From Bdellovibrio sp. (GTDB taxonomy: Bacteria; Bdellovibrionota; Bdellovibrionia; Bdellovibrionales; Bdellovibrionaceae), in the NCBI GenBank assembly GCA_036677065.1, contig JAKFBS010000001.1, positions 544,001 through 608,000 on the forward strand: DNA of 64,000 nt, in the 5' to 3' direction. Shown piece by piece: positions 8,968 through 18,337 of the stretch (positions are counted from its first letter, which is position 1; each line of letters opens with the position of its first letter). The notes beneath the pieces were generated by a model. That model saw nothing but the letters and a program-made list of their open reading frames with translations, was not told the origin of the DNA and searched no databases. The translations under genes were made by a program, and so were the position numbers.

Positions 8968-9303
8968 CTAAATTTTGATATCAAGAGCCCAGATGACAAA
9001 CTTGGCTGAATGCATGGCCATCGTAGGTACGAGGGTGATGGCAAAAAAGATCAACGTCTTCATTCGCTGTGAAACACTTCGTTCATCGCTTAATGAAAGA
9101 ATACTGCCAGTAATAAATACCGTTAGAAAAAAGATCGCCGTCATAATATTCAAAGTGAGCGTGCTGGCAGGGCTTGCGGCTCCAAAGCTTAAAAATTCAA
9201 ACAGTAAAACTAATGGGTATGCGACGTAAGTTAAAAGTAAACCTACGCCTGACATTTGCTGGCTTAACGAAAAAATTTGTATCGAGCGGTTTTTTGATTT
9301 CAT
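8968..9303 (-). CDS. Small membrane hypothetical protein (about 3 TM)
   Basis: Three hydrophobic segments; preceded by sigma28-like ACCGATAG 6 nt before ATG. Confidence 0.6.
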   Translation of the reverse strand: MKSKNRSIQIFSLSQQMSGVGLLLTYVAYPLVLLFEFLSFGAASPASTLTLNIMTAIFFLTVFITGSILSLSDERSVSQRMKTLIFFAITLVPTMAMHSAKFVIWALDIKI

Positions 9304-9324
9304 AACCCTCTATCGGTTTAAAAT

Positions 9325-9789
9325 TTAGTGAACTTGTGTATTTTCGCAGGCCTGTTGAATCGCATTTAAGCGATCTTGTGGGCTTTCGACTTCGTCTTGA
9401 ATTTCAGAAAGACGACCAAGCATGGCTTCTGTCGCCGCTGTAATCGCATCATAAATATCATGGCCGAAGCCTTCAGCTTCAATAGTAGCGTCATTTTCTT
9501 TCAAGACGATGGCAATGCGATAGGGGTAATGATTATCACTAGAATCATAATCTTGCGAGATCACATGGTCTTCATCGGCATAGGCATCTTCTGGGTTGCG
9601 AGCTAATACGATGACATTCGTTTCTGGTGTCACGTATTGGGTGAACTCGTTAATTTGTTGATAGATAAATGACTTCACTTCCGGATCTGTCTCAATCAGA
9701 TGCAGTGTGTCCGTAAGGGCCGCGTTTCCTTGGAGGTTGGTTTTATTTTTCTTAGCTGCCTGTTTATTCTTAAGCATTTTTCGAGCCAT
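9325..9789 (-). CDS. Hypothetical protein, HPF/RaiA-like C-terminal half
   Basis: GGAGG RBS before ATG 9789; IEAEGFGHDIYDAITAATEAMLGRL resembles the HPF helix DLYxAID. Confidence 0.55.
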   Translation of the reverse strand: MARKMLKNKQAAKKNKTNLQGNAALTDTLHLIETDPEVKSFIYQQINEFTQYVTPETNVIVLARNPEDAYADEDHVISQDYDSSDNHYPYRIAIVLKENDATIEAEGFGHDIYDAITAATEAMLGRLSEIQDEVESPQDRLNAIQQACENTQVH

Positions 9790-9932
9790 AGTGTCCTCCC
9801 ATATCTGTACTTTCATTTTAACATTGTGTTCTCGATTACAGAAGTCTAAGTCCTCAAAAAAATTAATTATTTTCTTAGCTGCAGTAAATTAACGCTCGTG
9901 TCTCGACCTAAGTCATTGTATCAATTTGGTAT

Positions 9933-10601
9933 ATGGTACACATAAAACTTTCTGATAGCTGGCATAATCAATTACAATCCGAGTTCCAATCTGACTACAT
10001 GAAAGCTCTTTCTAAGTTTCTGCAAAAAGAATACGAGAGCGGTAAAGTTATTTATCCTGATGCGAAAAAATATTTTAACGCACTAGATTTAGTTGAACTA
10101 AAAAATGTGAAAGTAGTTATCCTGGGGCAAGATCCCTATCACGGTGCAGGACAAGCGCACGGGCTAAGTTTTTCAGTGCCTGAAGGCGTGCGCCTGCCGC
10201 CGTCTTTAAAAAATATTTTTAAAGAATTAAAAGCTGATTTAGGAAAAGAAATTCCAACAACCGGAAATTTAGAACGCTGGGCTAAACAAGGGGTACTTTT
10301 ATTAAATGCAGTTCTGACAGTTGAAGAAAGTAAAGCGGCGGCTCACCAAAAAAAAGGGTGGGAGCAATTCACAGATAAAATTATCGAAGTGGTGAATCGC
10401 GAATGTGATCATGTCGTGTTTATTTTATGGGGTGCCTACGCCCAGAAGAAAGCAGCGTTCGTTGATCGTAAAAAGCATCTGGTGCTTGAGAGCGTGCATC
10501 CATCGCCGTTATCTTCGCATCGTGGATTTTTTGGCTCTAAGCCATTCTCACAGGCGAATAAATGGCTTAAGGCTAAAGGGCTAGCTCCTATAGACTGGTA
10601 A
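9933..10601 (+). CDS. ung: Family 1 uracil-DNA glycosylase
   Basis: GQDPYHG, PPSL.NI, GVLLLN and HPSPLS motifs. Confidence 0.97.
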   Translation: MVHIKLSDSWHNQLQSEFQSDYMKALSKFLQKEYESGKVIYPDAKKYFNALDLVELKNVKVVILGQDPYHGAGQAHGLSFSVPEGVRLPPSLKNIFKELKADLGKEIPTTGNLERWAKQGVLLLNAVLTVEESKAAAHQKKGWEQFTDKIIEVVNRECDHVVFILWGAYAQKKAAFVDRKKHLVLESVHPSPLSSHRGFFGSKPFSQANKWLKAKGLAPIDW

Positions 10602-10625
10602 GCTGATTGCGCTTAAACTAAAAGC

Positions 10626-11213
10626 ATGAAAAAAATATTTTTAGTTTTAGCGGTGTTAGGCTTTAGTTTACAAACCTTTGCAGACCCTTGCGGCGCAAAA
10701 TCAATTAAAGTCGGCAGTAATAAATTAGAGCTAATTAAAATTACAGATAAGCCAGAAAAAACTATGCAAGGCCAGCCAATTAAAGGTGCCGATGAAGTTT
10801 TAATTTCAGGAATTTACATGTTTGTTCGCAATGGCCAGACCTGGAATACTTACCGCTGTGCCGATGATACTAACAATTTAAATTTAAATAACTGCGTAAT
10901 TAAAAATGATTTTGAATTCGGAAATCTTGTTAAACGCTACGGCACTTCAGGAATTACAGTGCGAAAAACTGATTCAAATAGATTACAAGTCAGATTGAAT
11001 GTGGCTGGTAATGAAGAATTAGATTATTACGATGTACGCGCCACTGAAAAAGGTATGGAAGTTATTCAAAACCAGTATAAAGAAAATAAAGTGCAAAGAC
11101 ATTTAAGTCATCACGAGCAAGTTTCATTAGGCGTTTGTTCAAATTCTGAATCATCGAACGCACCAAATGGAAAGCCCACAAAAAAATCTTCTCCAGTTAA
11201 TATTAATCGTTAA
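10626..11213 (+). CDS. Secreted hypothetical protein
   Basis: Signal peptide MKKIFLVLAVLGFSLQTFA; four Cys. Confidence 0.75.
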   Translation: MKKIFLVLAVLGFSLQTFADPCGAKSIKVGSNKLELIKITDKPEKTMQGQPIKGADEVLISGIYMFVRNGQTWNTYRCADDTNNLNLNNCVIKNDFEFGNLVKRYGTSGITVRKTDSNRLQVRLNVAGNEELDYYDVRATEKGMEVIQNQYKENKVQRHLSHHEQVSLGVCSNSESSNAPNGKPTKKSSPVNINR

Positions 11214-11234
11214 AATTTTAGGTATTTAAAATGC

Positions 11235-11268
11235 AAAAAGCGAAATGAGCTTACGCCATTTCGCTTTT
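11235..11268. terminator. Bidirectional intrinsic terminator
   Basis: AAAAAGCGAAATG-agcttacgc-CATTTCGCTTTT. Confidence 0.75.
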
Positions 11269-11330
11269 ACAAGATATTCAGGCTTCATTCCGAAGAAAGG
11301 AGCCGAATATCGGATCTTATATATTCACCT
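11235..11330 (-). ncRNA. Candidate ~95-nt structured small RNA
   Basis: Sigma28-like promoter, then a hairpin with a C(UUCG)G tetraloop (11273-11311), then an intrinsic terminator. Confidence 0.45.
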
Positions 11331-11337
11331 ATATAAC

Positions 11338-11364
11338 TTTTCGGAAGAATAAGCGAAAACTTAA
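11338..11364 (-). promoter_or_regulatory. Sigma28 (FliA)-like promoter
   Basis: Minus strand TTAAGTTT-N11-TCCGAAAA versus consensus TAAAGTTT-N11-GCCGATAA. Confidence 0.55.
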
Positions 11365-11558
11365 GTATTACTTCTGGCTAGTTTTATGTCTTCTCGAAGT
11401 CTTAAAGCGTATCATGGATTTAATACGATAGAATCAGTTTGTTAGAGGATTCTTTCTAGATCACCGTCTGCGTACATTGATCATCGGAAGAAGTTTCGGG
11501 TAAATTGGAAAAGTCACTGCGTGACTGTGCAGAGACCTAATTCGGAATGGCGTTAAGC

Positions 11559-13388
11559 TCACTTACTCACTAAGTGAGTGAGTTCTTGTTTTTTAATTTC
11601 GACAGCTTCCATGTGATTCATTAAAGCTTCTTCCATGTTTTCAGTCTCAGTGTTTAAAGCTGCGGCCTGTTTGGCTAGTTCTTGCGCCTGTTGGCCTTGA
11701 GCGGTGATCAGAGCCGAAGTTAATTCGGTCTGTTTTTCAGCTTGGCGAAATAATAACTCTTCGGTTTTAAGAATTTTTCGCTCTAATTCTTTGATTTCAG
11801 AATTTAAACGTTTGGTTTCTTCTTTGTAGTTAAACTTTTTCTCTGAAGATTCAGAGTTAGTCGCAACTTTTTCCACAACGGCAGGTGTATCAACGCGTTC
11901 GCTTAAGATACCTTTTTCTAAACTCCATAAGTACTCGTCGTATGAACCTAAGTATTTTTCGATCGTGCCATTTCTGACTTCGACAATTTGTGTGGTCACT
12001 TGTTTTAAAAAAGTACGATCATGGCTGACTAAGATCACTGTGCCGTTAAACTCAGAAAGGGCTACAGCTAGAGCATTTACGGTATCAAAATCTAAGTGAT
12101 TCGTTGGCTCATCCAGAAGTAAAAGCGGATTTTTTTGTAATAACACTTGGCCTAAAGCCACGCGCGTTTTTTCGCCGCCTGAAAGCACTTTGATTTTTTT
12201 ATAAATGCTATCGCCAGAAAATAACAAAGAGCCTGCCATATTTAAAATGTCTTGAGCCATATTGTCTTTATGAGCTTTTCGTTGAAGCGCATCTAAGACC
12301 GTATCGTTATCTAATAAATCATCGGCTAAGTGCTGGGCAAAGTAAGAATGGCGCACTTGATGGCCCCATTTAAGTTCGCCTGTGATTAACGGAATTTTTT
12401 CAGCGATAGATTTTAATAACGTCGATTTACCGGCACCGTTATAACCAACAATACCAATTTTTTGGCCGCGCTCGATCGTGACGTTCACATTTTTAAGAAT
12501 AACTTTGTCTGCGCTATAACCAAGGTTGGCATTTGTCAGAGATAAAATTTCTTTTCCGGTCGGTGTAGCCATCGGTAGGTTGATAATCGCCCGCGGAGGT
12601 AATTTCTTGATTTCGACTTGTTCTAAGCGGTCTAAACTTTTCAAACGACTTTGCGCTTGTTTGGCTTTGGTGGCTTTAGCTCTGAATTTATCGACGAAAT
12701 CTTGAATTTGCTTACGTTTGTTTTCGATCTGCACAGCTTTAGCTTCTAATAAACGTTTGAGTTCAGCCTTTTGCTCGAAGTAATCATCAATGTGACCCGG
12801 AAATTTCACGATATCACCAGCTTCGACCTCTAAAGTGTATTCAGTAGTGCGCCGTAAAAATTCACGGTCATGCGAGATCAATAAAAATGCCTGTTTATGA
12901 TTTTGCAGGAAGTTTTCTAAAGTTAGAATGCTTTCTAAATCTAAAAAGTTGGTCGGCTCATCCAAAAGCATGATGTCTGGCTCAAGACCAATCAAGTAAA
13001 GAAGCTTCATGCGCATACGATAGCCGCCTGAAAGCTGTGTCAATTTTCCGGCAAAGTGAGCCTCTTGTAAGCCAAGCCCAAGGCCGATTTGCTTTAATTC
13101 CCAAATGGGCTTGATGCAATTGTCTTTAAGGTAGTCTTCAGAGTTCACATCGACTGTCCAATCGGACTCTTGTTCGAGGTAACCGATGCGTAAACCATTA
13201 GCTTTTGTGACTTCACCGTTATCTAAATGCTCTATACCCACGATAATTTTGAATAGAGTGGATTTGCCAGCTCCATTGGGGCCGATCACGCCAACGTGTT
13301 CGCCTTGATTAATGGAAAAGCCGGCATCATCAAAAAGGATTTTTGAGCCGTATTGCTTAGATGCATTGTAGAGTTGAAGCAGATTCAT
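11559..13388 (-). CDS. ABC-F family ATPase (ribosome-associated, no TM domains)
   Basis: Two NBDs (GPNGAGKS/GYNGAGKS, LSGG, LLDEPTN), interdomain linker and C-terminal coiled coil. Confidence 0.93.
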   Translation of the reverse strand: MNLLQLYNASKQYGSKILFDDAGFSINQGEHVGVIGPNGAGKSTLFKIIVGIEHLDNGEVTKANGLRIGYLEQESDWTVDVNSEDYLKDNCIKPIWELKQIGLGLGLQEAHFAGKLTQLSGGYRMRMKLLYLIGLEPDIMLLDEPTNFLDLESILTLENFLQNHKQAFLLISHDREFLRRTTEYTLEVEAGDIVKFPGHIDDYFEQKAELKRLLEAKAVQIENKRKQIQDFVDKFRAKATKAKQAQSRLKSLDRLEQVEIKKLPPRAIINLPMATPTGKEILSLTNANLGYSADKVILKNVNVTIERGQKIGIVGYNGAGKSTLLKSIAEKIPLITGELKWGHQVRHSYFAQHLADDLLDNDTVLDALQRKAHKDNMAQDILNMAGSLLFSGDSIYKKIKVLSGGEKTRVALGQVLLQKNPLLLLDEPTNHLDFDTVNALAVALSEFNGTVILVSHDRTFLKQVTTQIVEVRNGTIEKYLGSYDEYLWSLEKGILSERVDTPAVVEKVATNSESSEKKFNYKEETKRLNSEIKELERKILKTEELLFRQAEKQTELTSALITAQGQQAQELAKQAAALNTETENMEEALMNHMEAVEIKKQELTHLVSK

Positions 13389-13438
13389 TTCTGTGCCACA
13401 TTACTAGAGTTTTCATAATGTTTAAAGGGGAGATTTTA

Positions 13439-15019
13439 ATGAAAAAGGTATTTTTAGCCGCATTGTTATTACCGTTAATCGCACAAGCTGCCGACAACTT
13501 CATTTTCTGTACAGAAGGAAGTCCATCGTCTTTTAATCCACAAATCGTGACTGATGGAACAAGCATGAACGCTTCTTCACAAGCGGTTTTCAATCGTTTA
13601 GTTGAGTTTAAACCAGGCACAACTGAAGTTATGCCAAGTTTAGCTGAATCTTGGACGATTTCAAAAGATCGCAAAACTTACACTTTCAAATTACGTAAAG
13701 GTGTAAAATTTCACTCTAATGCTTTTTTCACACCAACGCGTGATTTCAATGCAAACGATGTTGTTTACACTTTTAAAACTCAGTTAGATCCAAAACATCC
13801 GTTATCAATTCCAGCAGCTTCTTACGATTATTTCAAAGCTATGGAATTAGATGCTTTAATTGCTGATGTTAAAAAAACTGACGACTACACAGTTGTTTTT
13901 GAATTAAAACGTCCTGAATCTCCATTCATCGCGAATTTAGGAATGGATTTCGCTTCTGTGCTTTCTGAAGAGTACGCGCAATCTTTAATTAAATCTGGCA
14001 AAGGTTTAAAAACTTTAGAAACAGCTCCGGTTGGAACTGGTCCATTTGTTTTCAAATCTTACCAAAAAGATTCAACAATCAAGTACACAGCTAATCCAAC
14101 TTACTGGAAAGGCAAACCGAAAATCGAAAATTTAATTTTCGTAATCGTTGCTGATTCAACAGTACGTACACAAAAAATGAAATCTGGCGAATGTCACATC
14201 ATGAGTGAAGTGCAACCGCAAGATATCGAAGCGCTATCTAAAAACCCTGCGGTTAAAATTCAAAACGCAGCTGGTCTTAACGTGTCTTACATCGCGTTTA
14301 ACACTGAGAAAAAACCTTTCGACAACTTAAAAGTTCGTGAAGCAATTTCTTTAGCTTTAAATAAAAAGTCTTACCTTGATGTGATTTACAAAGCGCAAGG
14401 CTTAGCCGCAAAAAATCCAATCCCACCGACAATGTGGTCTTATAATAACAAAACAGCTGATTCAACTTACGATGTTGAAAAAGCGAAAAAGTTATTAGCT
14501 GAAGCTGGTTTAAAAGATGGTTTCGAAACTGAACTATGGACAATGCCAGTAGCTCGCCCTTACTTACCGAACGGTAAAAAATTAGGTGAGTTAGTTCAGG
14601 CTGACTTAGCTAAAATCGGTGTAAAAGTTAAATTAGTTACTTTTGACTGGCCCACATACTTAGAGAAATCTAAAAAAGGTGACCACGCGATGATCCAATT
14701 CGGTTGGACTGGCGATAACGGTGACCCGGATAATTTCATGAATGTTATGTTGGGCTGTGCTGCCGTTAAAGCAGGTTCTAATTATGCTCGTTGGTGCCAT
14801 AAAGAATTCGACAACTTATTACAACAAGCTAAAGAAGAATCAGCTGTTGCAAAACGTACTTCACTTTACATGAAGGCACAGGAAATTTTCTCTAAAGAAA
14901 AACCATGGTACCCAGTAGCTCACTCAAAACAAAACAAAGTGATGTCGTCTAAAGTACAAGGCTACAAAATTAGTCCACTTGGTAACGAAAACTTTGAAGC
15001 GGTTTCATTGTCGAAATAA
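13439..15019 (+). CDS. dppA: Dipeptide ABC transporter substrate-binding protein
   Basis: FCTEGSPSSFNPQ, LRKGVKFH, PVGTGPF and GWTGDNGDPDNF motifs; GGGGAG RBS before ATG 13439. Confidence 0.92.
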   Translation: MKKVFLAALLLPLIAQAADNFIFCTEGSPSSFNPQIVTDGTSMNASSQAVFNRLVEFKPGTTEVMPSLAESWTISKDRKTYTFKLRKGVKFHSNAFFTPTRDFNANDVVYTFKTQLDPKHPLSIPAASYDYFKAMELDALIADVKKTDDYTVVFELKRPESPFIANLGMDFASVLSEEYAQSLIKSGKGLKTLETAPVGTGPFVFKSYQKDSTIKYTANPTYWKGKPKIENLIFVIVADSTVRTQKMKSGECHIMSEVQPQDIEALSKNPAVKIQNAAGLNVSYIAFNTEKKPFDNLKVREAISLALNKKSYLDVIYKAQGLAAKNPIPPTMWSYNNKTADSTYDVEKAKKLLAEAGLKDGFETELWTMPVARPYLPNGKKLGELVQADLAKIGVKVKLVTFDWPTYLEKSKKGDHAMIQFGWTGDNGDPDNFMNVMLGCAAVKAGSNYARWCHKEFDNLLQQAKEESAVAKRTSLYMKAQEIFSKEKPWYPVAHSKQNKVMSSKVQGYKISPLGNENFEAVSLSK

Positions 15020-16032
15020 TGGCGATACTTAAAGGTCTTTTAAAAGTTATTGGTTATTTTCTTTTTATCAGCTTGATGAGTTTTTCAATCATCAGGCTGA
15101 TTCCCGGAGATCCCGCTCTACACATTATTGGTGAGCGCGGAGCCAGCGAAGAACGTGTAGCTGAAATCAGAAAAAATTTGGGACTGGATCAACCATTACC
15201 AATTCAGTTTTTGAAATTTTCAGCTAACGCTTTAGTTGGTAATTTCGGCGAATCTACCGTTTCTAAACAACCCGTACTTAGTGAATTTAAAGTTTTATGG
15301 CCAGCGACGGTTGAATTAGCCTTCGTAGCTTTGCTTTGGTCTTCTCTTGTCGGTCTTGGTTTAGGAATGTTAGCGGCCGTGAAAAGAAATTCTTTCTGGG
15401 ATTACGGCGCAGTTAGTTTATCGACATTGGGTTTTGCGATGCCGATTTTTTGGTGGGGCTTAATCGTTATTTTCTTTTTCTCGGTTAAACTTGGCGTCTT
15501 TCCGGTTTCTGGCCGTATTGATGTGATGTTTGATGTTCCTTATAAGACAGGTTTTTATTTTCTCGACACTTTATTATCAGGGCAATGGGATGCGTTCGTA
15601 TCAGCGTGTAAATACGTTGTATTACCAGCATTCGTACTAGGAACTGTTCCACTAGCGTTAATCGTTCGCGTAAGCCGTGCATCGATTATCGATGTGGCTG
15701 AAGAAGATTACGTGCGCACAGCAAGATCTAAAGGCCTTCCGTACAAGCAGATTTTATTTAAACATATTTTTAAAAATGCACTGCCACAGATTTTAACTTC
15801 AATCGGATTAGCAATGGGTCAGCTGTTAACTGGCGCGATCTTAACTGAAACGTTATTTTCATGGCCGGGCATGGGGCGCTGGATTATTAAATCCATCGAA
15901 GCCCGTGATTACCCAGTGGTACAAGCAGGTGTGTTCTATTCAATGCTCATAGTTATTATCGTAAATTGGATCACGGATGAATCGGTGAAAATTGTAAGTC
16001 CTAAAATGCGCGATCAACAAAGGGGTGGCTAA
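15019..16032 (+). CDS. dppB: Dipeptide ABC transporter permease
   Basis: IPGDP, PATVELA, EAA loop DYVRTARSKGL, WPGMGRW, RDYPVVQ. Confidence 0.9.
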   Translation: MAILKGLLKVIGYFLFISLMSFSIIRLIPGDPALHIIGERGASEERVAEIRKNLGLDQPLPIQFLKFSANALVGNFGESTVSKQPVLSEFKVLWPATVELAFVALLWSSLVGLGLGMLAAVKRNSFWDYGAVSLSTLGFAMPIFWWGLIVIFFFSVKLGVFPVSGRIDVMFDVPYKTGFYFLDTLLSGQWDAFVSACKYVVLPAFVLGTVPLALIVRVSRASIIDVAEEDYVRTARSKGLPYKQILFKHIFKNALPQILTSIGLAMGQLLTGAILTETLFSWPGMGRWIIKSIEARDYPVVQAGVFYSMLIVIIVNWITDESVKIVSPKMRDQQRGG

Positions 16033-16850
16033 TGGCAGTCACTGCTACACAGAAATTATTCAGAAACAAAAACGTACTTTATGGGACTATTTTGTTCGCG
16101 TTTTTCGTTTTGGTTTTTATTGTTTCTTTTTTCTGGACCCCATTTGCTTATAACGAAGTGTTTGATGGCATGGCTTTACAACCTGTCGGCGGAAAATTCT
16201 TTTTAGGCACAGATGATTTAGGTCGTGATTTGCTTTCACGCTTAATGGTTGGCGCCCAGTTTTCTTTAGGTATTGGTTTAGTCGTCGGCGGAATCGCCGT
16301 TGTGCTTGGCGCCGGCATGGGATTATTTGCGGCTTATTATGGTAAGCGTGTAGACCAAGTTTTAAATCAATCCATGAATGCGTTACAAGCGATGCCAAGC
16401 TTACTTTTAGCTTTATTCGTAGTTGCGATCTTAGGGCCAAGTGTAACGAATACGATTATTTCAGTAACACTAGTTTCTATTCCTACGATGTTTCGTTTGG
16501 TGCGATCTCAAGCCCAGGTTGAAATGGCTAAAGAATACATCCAATCGGCGAAAGCCTTGGGTGCAGGTGATGCTCGAATCATGTTACGCCATTTGTTGCC
16601 AAACTGTGTAACACCGATCTTGGTACAATCAGCGGTTTGTTGTTCTGAGGCGATTTTAAATACGGCCGCTTTAGGCTTTTTAGGTTTAGGAATTCCAGCA
16701 CCGTACCCTGAATGGGGCACAATGCTTGCGGATTCTAAAAACTTAATGGAGACAGCTCCGCACTTGATGTGGATTCCTGGACTTTGTTTGTTATTGTTGA
16801 TTCTATCGACGCAATTAATTAGCGATGGTTTAAGAGATCATTTAAGCTAA
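16032..16850 (+). CDS. dppC: Dipeptide ABC transporter permease
   Basis: LGTDDLGRDLLSRL, EYIQSAKALGA, LGFLGLG...PEWG. Confidence 0.9.
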   Translation: MAVTATQKLFRNKNVLYGTILFAFFVLVFIVSFFWTPFAYNEVFDGMALQPVGGKFFLGTDDLGRDLLSRLMVGAQFSLGIGLVVGGIAVVLGAGMGLFAAYYGKRVDQVLNQSMNALQAMPSLLLALFVVAILGPSVTNTIISVTLVSIPTMFRLVRSQAQVEMAKEYIQSAKALGAGDARIMLRHLLPNCVTPILVQSAVCCSEAILNTAALGFLGLGIPAPYPEWGTMLADSKNLMETAPHLMWIPGLCLLLLILSTQLISDGLRDHLS

Positions 16851-16854
16851 TTCA

Positions 16855-17352
16855 ATGAATATGCCCGCGGTATTTTTAGATCACAGAAAACGAAATTTAA
16901 TTCTATGGCTAACGGATATGACGATGGCCATAGTTTCTTATTTTTACGTGACCGATCCATTTTATTTTCAAAGTGTGATGGATAGGATTGATTTTGCCAC
17001 TCTGCGCCCGGATATGGATCCTGAGATGTTTCAATCACCAGTATTTTTCGAATTTATGTTTCAGGTGATGTCGGTTGTATCAGTTCTTACGATTGGGATT
17101 ATTGCGCTATTTCACACCTTGGCTTTTTATCGCTGCTACCTTCGTAAACCTGTGGCGATTGCTTACGTGAAAATTTATTCGTTCTTAGCGGCTGTTTCGT
17201 TGTTATTATGGTTCATCTATAACGTTGAATTAAAGAATATTTTAATTTTAGTTCCTGCAACGATTTACACTTTGGTGTTCTTGGCTGAAAGGCAAAAGCT
17301 ATCAGCGCTTTCTATTTTTAATTCAGTTTCTAACGAGAAATCAGAGCCATAA
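16855..17352 (+). CDS. Membrane hypothetical protein
   Basis: About four hydrophobic segments; follows dppC by 4 bp. Confidence 0.6.
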   Translation: MNMPAVFLDHRKRNLILWLTDMTMAIVSYFYVTDPFYFQSVMDRIDFATLRPDMDPEMFQSPVFFEFMFQVMSVVSVLTIGIIALFHTLAFYRCYLRKPVAIAYVKIYSFLAAVSLLLWFIYNVELKNILILVPATIYTLVFLAERQKLSALSIFNSVSNEKSEP

Positions 17353-17608
17353 ACTGCACACCTAAAAAGTACAGACCGTTTTTTTCAAGTGTGTGCACTG
17401 AATACCCGGCCATTTTTACGAAGTCTGATTTATCATTCGGGTAGATCAAGGCGATCTGTCTTTTCGGTGCGACGGTTTTTTCAGTGCGTAAAAGGCATCC
17501 CATTTGCGAATAATCTACGAAATACGCTTTGATTAAGCGCGAATCAGTTTCAATAAGACAAAATGTATTCGAAGGGTAACGTGAAAACTGACGTAAATTA
17601 TTAGGCAT
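17330..17608 (-). CDS. Stand-alone PilZ domain protein (c-di-GMP binding)
   Basis: RQFSR (RxxxR) and DYSQMG (DxSxxG) motifs, C-terminal LGVQF. Confidence 0.8.
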   Translation of the reverse strand: MPNNLRQFSRYPSNTFCLIETDSRLIKAYFVDYSQMGCLLRTEKTVAPKRQIALIYPNDKSDFVKMAGYSVHTLEKNGLYFLGVQFMALISR

Positions 17609-17668
17609 ACGGTTTAACAAAGCAAAGACTGTGCTTGATCTATATCACCGTGGTGCGTTTGGGTTCTT

Positions 17669-17689
17669 AAAGTAGCTACAAGTTCGACA
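17669..17689. repeat. 21-bp intergenic motif, copy 1
   Basis: AAAGTAGCTACAAGTTCGACA; 20/21 identical to 53029-53049. Confidence 0.6.
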
Positions 17690-17790
17690 GCTGTGTGTAA
17701 TGTTAGACGATAGCCCAGACACAGCAGTCTTAAGTACAGAAGCACAGGGGTCTAGTATCATATTTAATAAGCTAAATTTATTATGGTGTA

Positions 17791-18336
17791 ATGAGAAAAA
17801 TATTACTAATTTCAATGACTTTTGTGCTTGGCCTAGTTTGGTTCTTATCAGCAAGTGGGCAGGAAAAAGATCGTCCCATCGAATATGTATTAAACGCTGA
17901 TCAACGTTGGATCGAGGATTTCGAATCTTCTGCACTACGTTCAGGTTACAAAGTTTATAAATTAGAAAAAGATCCCCGCATTGTTCTGACTTTAGGGATT
18001 GAAACTGTCAGCATGAAAGCTGAATTTTCAAAAGCAGAAATCAACGCTTACGCTAATAAATTGATGGATGCAAAAAACTTCATTGATGATGCTTTTAATA
18101 CGCCGTTAGCGAAGTTAACTAAAGCAAGCACCTGTAACAAAGACGGCGTTCCTTGTTTAAGTCTTGAGATGGAAAAAGATTTTAAAGCAGGCACATTCAA
18201 ATTGATTGATAAATATTTTATGGCTGATGACCGTACAGTACTAGCAACGATCAAATGGCCAAAGTCTGCTGATTCAAATGTCATCAAAGCGGCCTATAAC
18301 GATTATCAGAATATCCAGATCGTGAAGGTTAAATAA
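17791..18336 (+). CDS. Secreted hypothetical protein
   Basis: N-terminal signal peptide; stop 1 bp before the next ATG. Confidence 0.75.
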   Translation: MRKILLISMTFVLGLVWFLSASGQEKDRPIEYVLNADQRWIEDFESSALRSGYKVYKLEKDPRIVLTLGIETVSMKAEFSKAEINAYANKLMDAKNFIDDAFNTPLAKLTKASTCNKDGVPCLSLEMEKDFKAGTFKLIDKYFMADDRTVLATIKWPKSADSNVIKAAYNDYQNIQIVKVK

Positions 18337-18337
18337 T

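Noticed and set aside
11559..13388. ABC ATPase as the missing DppD/F
   Set aside because: It has ABC-F architecture (linker, coiled-coil tail) and lacks the Cys-rich oligopeptide-ATPase C-terminus.
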